From Chloroflexota bacterium (GTDB lineage Bacteria > Chloroflexota > Dehalococcoidia > UBA2979), in contig CANMOP010000009.1 of the NCBI GenBank assembly GCA_947499615.1, positions 7,993-71,992 on the forward strand: 64,000 nt of DNA, given 5' to 3'. This document shows positions 18,589 through 26,801 of the stretch, one piece after another. Numbering within the stretch: position 1 is the stretch's first letter; every line of letters starts with the position of its first letter. The translations under genes and the position numbers were made by a program. Below the pieces are notes generated by a model. That model was given only the letters and a program-made list of their open reading frames with translations, did no database searches and was not told the origin of the DNA.

Positions 18589-18896
18589 TAGCGTTGGCCC
18601 GTCTTCCCCTCGCCCCCAATGGGGGCCTCGTATGGCATGGTCACGCGCGCAATCGCCTCGGCGGTGGCACGAAGCAGGACGCCCGGCGCAGCTTCAAGCG
18701 TGAGCTCCAGCGGGCCGCGCTCCTGCGTCCTGATGTCACGAACGATCGCATAGAACCCGCCAGTGGTCAGCACCTCGTCGCCAATTCCCAATCGGGAGAT
18801 ATCACGACGCCGCAGCTTTTGCTGCTGAATCACCGGTCGGAGCAGGATGAAGTAGAACGCACCCAGTACCGCCAGGAGCAGAAAGAAGTCCTGCAT
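18588..18896 (-). CDS. yajC: Preprotein translocase subunit YajC
   Basis: 102-aa ORF with a single TM and the motif ILLRPVIQQQKLRRRDISRLGIGDEVLTTGGFYAIV. It lies immediately upstream of secD. Confidence 0.9.
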   Translation of the reverse strand: MQDFFLLLAVLGAFYFILLRPVIQQQKLRRRDISRLGIGDEVLTTGGFYAIVRDIRTQERGPLELTLEAAPGVLLRATAEAIARVTMPYEAPIGGEGKTGQR

Positions 18897-18898
18897 CC

Positions 18899-19492
18899 CT
18901 AGTCGCCTGTGTCCGCGTCAGGGCCAGCGTGAGCGTGAGTCGGTAGGCCCGACGAAGCTCCACCGACGGGCGCAGCGGCCTCCGAGGGTGCCACCGCATG
19001 CGCGCTGGACCAGTCGGTGCCATCAAGTTTCATCAGGTCGGCCATGCTATCCAGTCGATCGACGTACAGGAAGCCGTTGATGTGGTCGACCTCATGCTCC
19101 AGCGCCTGCGCCAGCAGGTTGGACTCTGCGCGCACGCGAATCTCCTTGCCTCGCAGGTCCAGAGCGCGCACCACCACCTTCTCGGAGCGGGTGATCGCGC
19201 CTCGATAGCCGGGAACGGAGAGGCAGCCTTCGCCATCCAGCCGTCGAGTCCCGGTGCGGCGCATGATCACCGGGTTGATGAGCGCGAACGGCTCCTCGTC
19301 CGGCATGCCGAGCACGACGACACGTAGCGGCACGCCAATCTGGGGCGCGGCGAGCCCGACCCCTTGCGCGGCGTACATCGACTCGATCATGTCCTGCACC
19401 AGCCGCCGAATCGCATCATCAACCTGACGCACTTTCTTAGCCGGCTGCCGCAGCACCGGATCGCCGAGGTACCGGATCGGACGGACTGCCAC
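18899..19492 (-). CDS. def: Peptide deformylase (with C-terminal extension)
   Basis: 197-aa ORF with the three deformylase motifs: GVGLAAPQIG, EGCLSVPGY and HEVDHINGF. Confidence 0.95.
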   Translation of the reverse strand: MAVRPIRYLGDPVLRQPAKKVRQVDDAIRRLVQDMIESMYAAQGVGLAAPQIGVPLRVVVLGMPDEEPFALINPVIMRRTGTRRLDGEGCLSVPGYRGAITRSEKVVVRALDLRGKEIRVRAESNLLAQALEHEVDHINGFLYVDRLDSMADLMKLDGTDWSSAHAVAPSEAAAPVGGASSGLPTHAHAGPDADTGD

Positions 19493-19595
19493 GAAGCATC
19501 ACTCCCTGATGGAGGCAACCGTATAGGCGCTATCGATGATTGTAGAGGGCTTTGCGGCAGGCGTCCCGCCGCCCGTCTGCGGACAATCTACACCG

Positions 19596-22286
19596 TCACG
19601 CCACGGTCACCGGATCAACGTCGATGCTCCAGCCCGGCGGCAGGTCGATTTCGCGCACCAGCGCCGCCGGGTCCGATCCGCGCACGAGTAGCGACCAGCG
19701 ATGGCGGCCACGCACGCGGGCGATCTGCGGCGGCGTGGGGCCCAGCACCTCCACGTCCGGGAGGCCGGAGGCCAGACGCCGCAGCTCCCGCTGCACGCGT
19801 ACCGCCTCCTCCAGCGCGTAGTCGTTGCTGGGGTGCGCGAACAGCAGTCGCACCAGCCGCACGAACGGCGGGTAGCCGTGCTCGCGGCGCCACGGCAGCT
19901 CGTCCTCGAAGAACCCATCGACGTCCAACGCGGCCGCCGAGGCGATCGCGCGATCCTCGGGTTGGAGCGTCTGGATGATCACGCGGCCCGGTCGCTCTGC
20001 GCGCCCGGCGCGGCCGGAGACCTGCGCCAGCACCTGGAAGGTCTGCTCCCGCGCGCGGAAGCCGCCGCTCCACAGCGAGTAGTCGGCCAGCACCACGCCC
20101 ACCAGCGTCACCAGCGGAAGGTCGAGGCCCTTCGCGACCATCTGCGTGCCGACCAGCACGTCCGCCTCGTGCCGCTGGATGCGGCCGAGGATCGCCTCGT
20201 ACTGGCCAGCGACTCGCGCCGTGTCCCGGTCGAGGCGGACGACGCGCGCGGCGGGAAAGAGCGACTGCACCTCGCGCTCCACGCGTTGCGTCCCGGCGCG
20301 CGTCTCGCGCAGCGGGCGGTCGCACTGCGGGCAGCGTGGCGGCGCGGGCCTCGAGCGGTTGCACTGGTGGCACACCAGTCGCGGCGGCGCGCCGGCCGCA
20401 TCGTCCGGGAGGCTGTGCACGGTCAGTGCCACATCGCACGAGGGGCACAGCAGCGAGTGCCCCTGCGCGCAGAGCAGGTACCCCGCGAGTCCTCGACGGT
20501 TGAGGAAGAGGATCGCCTGCTCGTCGCGGTCGAGCGTCTCGTCGAGCGCGCGCATCAGCGGCTCCGAGAACAGCCGACGCTCCCCGCGCACATCGACGAG
20601 TTCCACCTCCGGCATGTCAGAGGATGGCCACAACTTTGAGGTGCCGTCCGGCTGGCGCACCGGCCGGAACCGTCGAGGCAGGTCGATGCGCAGCAGTTCG
20701 CCCTCGGCGGCCTGGGACCAGCGCTCGGCGTCCGGGGTGGCGGTGCCGAAGATCAGCGCCGCGCCGGTCAGCGTCGCGAGTTGTTCCGCGACCATGCGCG
20801 CGTCATAGCGCGGGGCCGGATCCTGCTGCTTGTAGGTCCACTCGTGCGCCTCGTCGATCACGATCAGGCCGAGGTCGGGCTGCGGCGCGAACACCGCCGA
20901 ACGTGAGCCGACGACGACGTCGTAGTCACCTCGCGCGGTGGCATGCCACTCATCGAACGCCTCGCCGGCGGTGAGCCCGGAGTGCAGCACGCCCACCCTG
21001 CCGGGGAACCGCTCGGCGAACCGACGCACGGTCTGCGGCGTCAGCGCGATCTCCGGCACCAGCACCAGCCCGCGCTTCCCCTGCTCCACGGCATGGCGCA
21101 GCGCGTCGAGGTACACCTCGGTCTTGCCGCTGCCGGTCACGCCCATCAGCAGGATCGCCGATCCGTCCGCGCGGTCGATCGCCGCGCGAACCGCCGCGCC
21201 AGCCTCGCGCTGTTCCCTCATGAGTTCGACCGGCGGCCGATGCGTGACGGTCAGGGCGCGCAGCGGGTCGCGACGATCGAGCACCTCGTCGACGCGTACC
21301 AGTCCCTGCGTGACGAGCCGGTCGAGCCCCTCGCGGGCCCCGTCGCCGAACTCGCGTGCGAGGCCGGCCACCGGCAGCGTCTGCTCGGGCGCGTCCGCGA
21401 GCCGCTCCAAGAGCATCGCGGCGGACGCCTCCACGCGCGTCCGACTCAGCAACAGCACCTGTTGGCGAGCCGCCTCCTCGCTGACGGCGAGGCCAACCTC
21501 GTCACCCGCGCGCTCCAACCAGCCCTCGGCGACCAGCGTGTCCACCGCCGGGACGCCCCGCGCGATGCGCGCCACCGCGTCGAACGCCATCGGCTGCTTC
21601 GCCTCGATCAGTGCCAGCAGCGCGCGCGCCCGCCGCGAGGCGCGCCGCCCCTCGATGCGCGACGCAACCTCGCGGGCGCGATCGGGCGTCACACCCTCGG
21701 CCAGCCGCATCATCTGCGCGATGCGCGCGCGGCCTCGCGGACGAGCGAGCGAGTAGCGCCGCTCCGCCAGCCCACGCCGGAGCAGCGCGGAGAGCGCGGC
21801 GTCGAACGCGCGCGCACCGATCTCGGCGCGCAGATCGTCGGGCGACTGTGGGGTCTCGGAGAGCAGCTCGTACAATTGTTGCTGGCGCTCGGACAGCGCC
21901 TCCGGCAGCGGTGCGGCGCCACGCACGAGGGCGGTCTGTGGCGTCTCGCCCGCCCCCGGCGGGAGCAGCAACGAGGCGGCCTCCCACGGCGGCGCGATGT
22001 ACGTCTCGGCGACCCAGAGCGCCAACGCCAGCCGCTGCGCGCCCAGGCGCGGCGCGCCATCGACCGCCGGTTCCAGCTCGCGGGTGTCGCCGGAGTAGCC
22101 GGGGAGGTCCGTCGGCCCCTCGATGATCACGCCCTGCAGCGTGCGTTGGCCCCACGGCACATGCACCACCTCGCCCGGCTCGACCTCGCGGCCGGGCGGG
22201 ACACGGTAGGTGAACGTCATGAAGTTCGGCCGCCCGGAGTTGACGGCGACCTTCACGAACTTCGGGCGGGGCTGGGGGGTGGTCAC
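19596..22286 (-). CDS. priA: Primosomal protein N' (replication restart helicase PriA)
   Basis: - Motifs: Walker A GVTGSGKTEVY, DEAH box (VIDEAHEW) and a Cys-rich zinc region (CPSCD..CHQCN..CPQCD).
- Start: the longest ORF reaches 22409, but that stretch contains the rplS terminator hairpin.
- The GTG at 22286 (VTTPQPRPKFVKVAV...) is therefore preferred. The start remains uncertain. Confidence 0.9.
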   Translation of the reverse strand: MTTPQPRPKFVKVAVNSGRPNFMTFTYRVPPGREVEPGEVVHVPWGQRTLQGVIIEGPTDLPGYSGDTRELEPAVDGAPRLGAQRLALALWVAETYIAPPWEAASLLLPPGAGETPQTALVRGAAPLPEALSERQQQLYELLSETPQSPDDLRAEIGARAFDAALSALLRRGLAERRYSLARPRGRARIAQMMRLAEGVTPDRAREVASRIEGRRASRRARALLALIEAKQPMAFDAVARIARGVPAVDTLVAEGWLERAGDEVGLAVSEEAARQQVLLLSRTRVEASAAMLLERLADAPEQTLPVAGLAREFGDGAREGLDRLVTQGLVRVDEVLDRRDPLRALTVTHRPPVELMREQREAGAAVRAAIDRADGSAILLMGVTGSGKTEVYLDALRHAVEQGKRGLVLVPEIALTPQTVRRFAERFPGRVGVLHSGLTAGEAFDEWHATARGDYDVVVGSRSAVFAPQPDLGLIVIDEAHEWTYKQQDPAPRYDARMVAEQLATLTGAALIFGTATPDAERWSQAAEGELLRIDLPRRFRPVRQPDGTSKLWPSSDMPEVELVDVRGERRLFSEPLMRALDETLDRDEQAILFLNRRGLAGYLLCAQGHSLLCPSCDVALTVHSLPDDAAGAPPRLVCHQCNRSRPAPPRCPQCDRPLRETRAGTQRVEREVQSLFPAARVVRLDRDTARVAGQYEAILGRIQRHEADVLVGTQMVAKGLDLPLVTLVGVVLADYSLWSGGFRAREQTFQVLAQVSGRAGRAERPGRVIIQTLQPEDRAIASAAALDVDGFFEDELPWRREHGYPPFVRLVRLLFAHPSNDYALEEAVRVQRELRRLASGLPDVEVLGPTPPQIARVRGRHRWSLLVRGSDPAALVREIDLPPGWSIDVDPVTVA

Positions 22287-22359
22287 AACTTCGATGATAG
22301 GTCGTCGCGCGACACAGCACCGCGTCAGCGCGTATCGCGACGAATCGAACGGGTAACAC

Positions 22360-22386
22360 GACGGCCCGCTCGATGAGCGGGCCGTC
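22360..22386 (-). terminator. Hairpin terminator candidate downstream of rplS
   Basis: A 12-bp perfect stem (GACGGCCCGCTC / GAGCGGGCCGTC) with a 3-nt loop, about 58 nt past the rplS stop on the minus strand. Confidence 0.5.
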
Positions 22387-22443
22387 TGCATGTAGCGGTG
22401 AATCTGCACTCGTCGCGGAACGCGCCGAACGAGCGGCCAGACG

Positions 22444-22797
22444 CTAGGTCGTGACGCGCCGTGCTTCCTTGACTCGAGCGGCGCGGCCCGTGAGCCCGCG
22501 CAGGTAGTACAGGCGGGAACGACGCACTCGGCCCCGCCGAGTTACCTCGACCCGGTCAACGCGCGAGCCGTTGAACGGGAAGGTGCGCTCCACGCCAACG
22601 GCGTTGGACGCGATGCGGCGGACGGTGAAGTTCCCTGCCACGCCATTGCGCAGCCGGATCACCACACCCTCGAACGCCTGGATGCGCTCGCGCTCACCCT
22701 CGACGACCTTGACGTGCACACGCACGGTGTCGCCGGGTGCGAACTCCGGGATGGTCTCGTTGCGGGGCGCAGCCAGAGTGCGCAGGTCAATGCTCAT
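22444..22797 (-). CDS. rplS: 50S ribosomal protein L19
   Basis: 117-aa ORF containing [31 protein letters not shown]...FTVRRI..GVERTFP, the L19 signature. It lies downstream of trmD. Confidence 0.97.
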   Translation of the reverse strand: MSIDLRTLAAPRNETIPEFAPGDTVRVHVKVVEGERERIQAFEGVVIRLRNGVAGNFTVRRIASNAVGVERTFPFNGSRVDRVEVTRRGRVRRSRLYYLRGLTGRAARVKEARRVTT

Positions 22798-22881
22798 CTT
22801 GGGCCTCGTACGTCATGCACCACGTCATCGTGGGTGTCTGTGAGCCTGCAGCGCAGGCGGCACGGCGAACCGCGCGGACGG

Positions 22882-23670
22882 CTAGTCTACCGAATCACCG
22901 GGGGTAGCGTCGAGTGGTGCCCTGTCGAGAGGGGGAGCCTCGGGCGGCGTCGCCTCCAGCCACGCCAATTCCTTCGCCGTCACGTCAGCGGAAGGGAGCA
23001 GATCCGGCCGCCGCGCACGCGTGCGAAGCAGCCGCTGGCGTCGACGCCACTTGTCCACCTCGGCGTGGTTACCCGAGAGCAGCACGGCGGGCACACCCCA
23101 GTCACGGAACTCAGCGGGACGCGTGTACTGCGGGTACTCCAGCAGCCCACCCTCGAACGACTCCTCGGTCAGCGACTCTTCGCCGCCGAGCACTCCCGGA
23201 ATCACGCGGGACACCGCGTCGATAAGCAACATCGCGGGCAGCTCACCCCCGGAGATCACCACGTCCCCGATGCTCACCTCGATGTCCACGAGGTGGGCGC
23301 GCACCCGCTCGTCCACGCCCTCGTACCGCCCGCAGACGATGAGCAGGCGCGGCTCCGCGGCCAGTTCGGCGACCAGCGCGCGATCCAGTCGACGGCCCTG
23401 CGGGGTCATCAGCACCACCTTCGCGGGTGCCTCGGCGAGCGGCTGGATCGCCTCGACGGCAGCGAACAGCGGCTCCGGCTTCATCACCATCCCCGCCCCG
23501 CCGCCGAACGGGTAGTCGTCTACCGTGCGGTGCTTATCGATCGCCCATGACCGCAGGTCGTGCAGCGCCACCTCGATCAGGCCGGCCTCACGCGCACGCC
23601 GCAAGATCGACTCGTCCATCGGCCCCGCAAACATCCCCGGAAACAGCGTCAGCACATCGAAGCGGATCAC
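22882..23670 (-). CDS. trmD: tRNA (guanine37-N1)-methyltransferase TrmD
   Basis: 262-aa ORF beginning [17 protein letters not shown] and containing [17 protein letters not shown]. It has a C-terminal extension. Confidence 0.97.
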   Translation of the reverse strand: MIRFDVLTLFPGMFAGPMDESILRRAREAGLIEVALHDLRSWAIDKHRTVDDYPFGGGAGMVMKPEPLFAAVEAIQPLAEAPAKVVLMTPQGRRLDRALVAELAAEPRLLIVCGRYEGVDERVRAHLVDIEVSIGDVVISGGELPAMLLIDAVSRVIPGVLGGEESLTEESFEGGLLEYPQYTRPAEFRDWGVPAVLLSGNHAEVDKWRRRQRLLRTRARRPDLLPSADVTAKELAWLEATPPEAPPLDRAPLDATPGDSVD

Positions 23671-24194
23671 GAGTCGCGCCCCGCCAGGTGCTCGGTGTCA
23701 CCGCGGAGTAGTCGCAGCGAGTGCGGGAGCACCGGCAGCACCGTCGTGAGGTTCTCGCGCGCCCCGCGCTCGCTGCCGGGGAGGTTCACGATCAGCGTGC
23801 GGCCTCGTACGCCCGCCAGACCGCGCGATATCATCGCCATCCGCGTCGTCGCCAGACCAGCAGCTCGCATCGCCTCGGCCATCCCATCGACGCGGTAGTC
23901 CAGCACGGAGGCGGTCGCCTCCGGTGTGCGGTCACGCGGCCCCAGGCCGGTGCCGCCGGTGGTGATCAGCAAGGCGCAGTCCAGCGTGTCCGCGCCACGG
24001 ATCAGCCACGCCGCCACCTGATCCGGCTCATCCGGCACCAGCGCCGTCTCCACCACCTCGAAACCCGCCTCGCGCAGCAGCGCCACGACGGCCGGCCCGG
24101 AGCTGTCCGCTCGCTCCCCGCGCGACCCGGAATCCGAGACTGTCAGCACGGCGGCGCGGGGCCCAGGAGGCGATGCAGGTGGGTTCAAGGTCAC
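23667..24194 (-). CDS. Molybdopterin adenylyltransferase / MogA-MoaB family protein
   Basis: 175-aa ORF containing [18 protein letters not shown]...[19 protein letters not shown], the MoCF_biosynth domain pattern. Its stop overlaps the trmD start as ATGA. Confidence 0.85.
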   Translation of the reverse strand: MTLNPPASPPGPRAAVLTVSDSGSRGERADSSGPAVVALLREAGFEVVETALVPDEPDQVAAWLIRGADTLDCALLITTGGTGLGPRDRTPEATASVLDYRVDGMAEAMRAAGLATTRMAMISRGLAGVRGRTLIVNLPGSERGARENLTTVLPVLPHSLRLLRGDTEHLAGRDS

Positions 24195-24243
24195 GGCAGG
24201 CTCCTCCCGGTGTGGCGGCGCGATCGTGGGCTCGTGGCGATGC

Positions 24244-24513
24244 CTACCCGGCTGCGGCTATCGGATCAGAACCGATCTCGTTCTCCACGGGCAGCGTCCA
24301 CGTCGAATACAGCTTCTGGTGGGGGCTGCCCGCGCCGCCCATCTCCTGCACGGTCTCTTCCCAGGCGCCGATCGCCTCCAGCGCGTTGGCGCGAAGCTCG
24401 TCCAATGTCTCGCCTTGCGCGACACATCCCGGAAGGTCGAGGACGTCGCACCAGAAGCCACCCTCTTCGGCCTGATACACGGCCACCGTATAGACGCGCG
24501 GGATGGTGGTCAT
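24244..24513 (-). CDS. hicB: HicB-family antitoxin (UPF0150-type)
   Basis: 89-aa ORF containing YTVAVYQAEEGGFWCDVLDLPGCVAQGETLDELRANALEAI, a typical HicB N-domain. Its start overlaps the stop of a HicA-like frame. Confidence 0.8.
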   Translation of the reverse strand: MTTIPRVYTVAVYQAEEGGFWCDVLDLPGCVAQGETLDELRANALEAIGAWEETVQEMGGAGSPHQKLYSTWTLPVENEIGSDPIAAAG

Positions 24514-24725
24514 AGCGCCTCCCTGAACTGATCCTCGGTGAACCCGGCTCGACGAATCTGCGACCGCAGCAGTCCGGTCTTGAGAATACCGCTGGGCAGG
24601 ACGATTAATTGCCCGTTCGGCATGCGAATCATCCTGTAGTTCTTCTTCGTCTTCCGATCCTCCCCGCCCAGACGAAGGAAGGCGTTCGCGGCCGCGTCCT
24701 GGGTGATGTCTCGGAGGTCGGGCAG
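24510..24725 (-). CDS. hicA: HicA-like toxin frame lacking a canonical start codon (possibly CTG-initiated or degenerate)
   Basis: Own minus-strand translation gives LPDLRDITQDAAANAFLRLGGEDRKTKKNYRMIRMPNGQLIVLPSGILKTGLLRSQIRRAGFTEDQFREAL.
- The stop TGA overlaps the hicB ATG as ATGA.
- The frame opens just after a TGA at about 24740.
- The only ATG in the frame is at 24632 and would encode 40 aa.
- A CTG at 24725 follows GAGGGG by 8 nt. Confidence 0.45.
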   Translation of the reverse strand: MPDLRDITQDAAANAFLRLGGEDRKTKKNYRMIRMPNGQLIVLPSGILKTGLLRSQIRRAGFTEDQFREAL

Positions 24726-24863
24726 TGCAGTGTCCCCTCAGCGCCTCAATGCAACGATCGTAACAGTGCGCCAGCGGATGGGGCGCAGCGCAGCGCCAAT
24801 CCTCGCCCCATTTGTCATGCCAATGGGGAATCTGTTACTGTTTTGAGCGGTAACGGGGGCAAA

Positions 24864-25319
24864 ATGGGGCACAACGCCCACCCTCGCCAGCGAGGCGGAT
24901 TCGTGCGGTTCCTCGGGACATTCGAGCACACGCTGGACGAGCGTGGACGGGTTGCCGTCCCGGCGTCGTTCCGTGCCGCGTTCAAGGGCGGCGGGATGAT
25001 CCGCCCGGGCGCCGAGGGCTGCATTGAGCTCTACACACCCGAGGCCTTCGAGGTCGAGGTCCAGCACCGCCTCTCCGGCGAGGACGAGTCCTCGCGCACG
25101 CTCAGCGCTCGACGCGCGCGGCGCAGCTTCTTCGCCGATGCCTATCCGGTGGATCTGGACGCGCAGGGCCGCATCGTGATCCCCCCGCTGTTCCGCGCCG
25201 CCGCCCTGTCGGACAACCGGGTCGCGGTGGTTGGCTGCGGCGATCGTCTTGAGATCTGGGCGAACGAGCGCTGGGCCGCCGAGCGCGCCGCCATCGCCGC
25301 TGAGGAGGCGCGGGCATGA
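24864..25319 (+). CDS. mraZ: Transcriptional regulator MraZ
   Basis: The ORF contains FLGTFEHTLDERGRVAVPASFR and a second repeat (DAQGRIVIPPLFR), matching the duplicated MraZ fold. It is the first gene of the dcw cluster. An alternative GTG start lies at 24903. Confidence 0.9.
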   Translation: MGHNAHPRQRGGFVRFLGTFEHTLDERGRVAVPASFRAAFKGGGMIRPGAEGCIELYTPEAFEVEVQHRLSGEDESSRTLSARRARRSFFADAYPVDLDAQGRIVIPPLFRAAALSDNRVAVVGCGDRLEIWANERWAAERAAIAAEEARA

Positions 25320-26290
25320 CCAGTCGCTCCTCCAACTCACGCACCCCCCGCCACGAGCCCGTGATGCTGCGCGAGGCCGTCGAGGCGTTGGCAGTGAAGC
25401 CGGGCGGCCGTTATGTCGACGCCACGATCGGCCTCGGTGGGCACTCCCGCGCGATCCTGGAGGCGGCTCCGGACGTGCGCCTGCTGGGCATCGACCAGGA
25501 CCCGCAAGCCCTCGAAGCCGCCCGCGAGCGGCTGGCCCCCTTCGCCGGTGCCGCGCAGTTGGTGCACGGCAACTTCGAGGCGATTGCCGACATCTGCGAG
25601 GCGCACGACTTCGTCCCGGTGGACGGCGTGTTATTCGACCTCGGGGTGTCCTCGCTGCAACTCGACACGCCGGGACGAGGTTTTTCGTTCCAACGTGATG
25701 AGCCCCTCGACATGCGGATGAACCCGGATGCCGAGGTCACCGCTGCCGACATCGTGAATAGTTATGACGAGCAGCGTCTGGCGGCGCTGATCTGGGAGTA
25801 CGGAGAGGAGCGACGGAGCCGCCAGATCGCACGCGCCATCGTGGAGCGGCGCCCGCTGCACACCACCGGAGCGCTGGTCAACGCAATCGAGCAGGCCGTG
25901 GGACGGGGCCGGGGACGTCAAATCAACCCCGCCACCCTGACGTTCCAGGCCCTGCGGATCGCGGTCAATCGGGAACTGGACATCCTGGCTGATTCGCTCT
26001 CTGCGGCCCACGGCCTGCTCGCCGGCGTTGGCTCTCGACTGGTGGTGATCTCCTTCCACTCGCTTGAAGACCGGGTGGTGAAGCAATATATGCTCAAGGA
26101 GTCAAGCGCTTGCCTATGTCCGCCTCGAACGCCGATGTGCGTGTGCGGCCACGTCGCGACCCTGCGACTGGTCGCCCGCGGCGCGCTGCGTCCCGGGCCG
26201 GACGAGGTGGGGCGCAACCCGCGCGCGCGTTCAGCGCGGTTACGGGTCGCGGAATCGATTACCGCAACGGTTACGGGACGGGCAGCCTGA
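25316..26290 (+). CDS. rsmH: 16S rRNA (cytosine1402-N4)-methyltransferase RsmH
   Basis: 324-aa ORF containing HEPVMLREAVEAL..YVDATIGLGGHS, FDLGVSSLQLD and SFHSLEDRVVK. Confidence 0.95.
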   Translation: MTSRSSNSRTPRHEPVMLREAVEALAVKPGGRYVDATIGLGGHSRAILEAAPDVRLLGIDQDPQALEAARERLAPFAGAAQLVHGNFEAIADICEAHDFVPVDGVLFDLGVSSLQLDTPGRGFSFQRDEPLDMRMNPDAEVTAADIVNSYDEQRLAALIWEYGEERRSRQIARAIVERRPLHTTGALVNAIEQAVGRGRGRQINPATLTFQALRIAVNRELDILADSLSAAHGLLAGVGSRLVVISFHSLEDRVVKQYMLKESSACLCPPRTPMCVCGHVATLRLVARGALRPGPDEVGRNPRARSARLRVAESITATVTGRAA

Positions 26291-26733
26291 TGGCCGCAGT
26301 ACCGCAATTCGCCGGACGGTCACGCACGGTCTCGATCCCGAGTCCGGCCCGCATCCCGCGCACGGTGCTCATCAGCATCACGATGATCGTGGTGGCTTCG
26401 GTCGGGCTGCTGCAGGTGCTGCAATCCAGCAACGCCGCGACGGCCGGCTACCAACTCGCAGCCCTCGAGCGCGAGCGCACCGCGCTGGGAGCCGAGGTAC
26501 GAGCGTTGGAGGCGGAGATCGCAAGTACCGCCGGACAGGACCAGTTGCGGCAGATGGCCGTTCAGCGGCTGGGGATGGTGCCCGCGCAGCAAACAATCCG
26601 CATCGCGGTGGAGGCACCGGCCCCTGCGCTGCCAGTGTTGCCAGAGCGGTACGTCATCCGGCCGCCGGAGGACACGGGTCCCTCGTTGGCCTGGTGGCAG
26701 CAGTTGCTGCGCGTGCTGCCCGGCTTCCACTAG
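26290..26733 (+). CDS. ftsL: Cell division protein FtsL-like (single TM plus coiled coil)
   Basis: The ATG at 26290 overlaps the rsmH stop as TGATG. A TM segment (VLISITMIVVASVGLLQVL) is followed by a coiled-coil-like stretch (LAALERERTALGAEVRALEAEI). The call rests on its position between rsmH and ftsI. Confidence 0.6.
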   Translation: MAAVPQFAGRSRTVSIPSPARIPRTVLISITMIVVASVGLLQVLQSSNAATAGYQLAALERERTALGAEVRALEAEIASTAGQDQLRQMAVQRLGMVPAQQTIRIAVEAPAPALPVLPERYVIRPPEDTGPSLAWWQQLLRVLPGFH

Positions 26734-26801
26734 GCAGCGCTCATGCGCGCCGCACGAGGACAGCAGCGCGCTGCGGAACACTGCGGCAGGGAGTAGTACG
26801 G

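Noticed and set aside
24820-24871. MraZ operator repeats upstream of mraZ (ATGGGG / ACGGGGG / ATGGGG)
   Set aside because: There are only three loosely similar G-runs, with irregular spacing of about 29 and 11 nt. One of them is the annotated start codon region itself. This is not enough to call.
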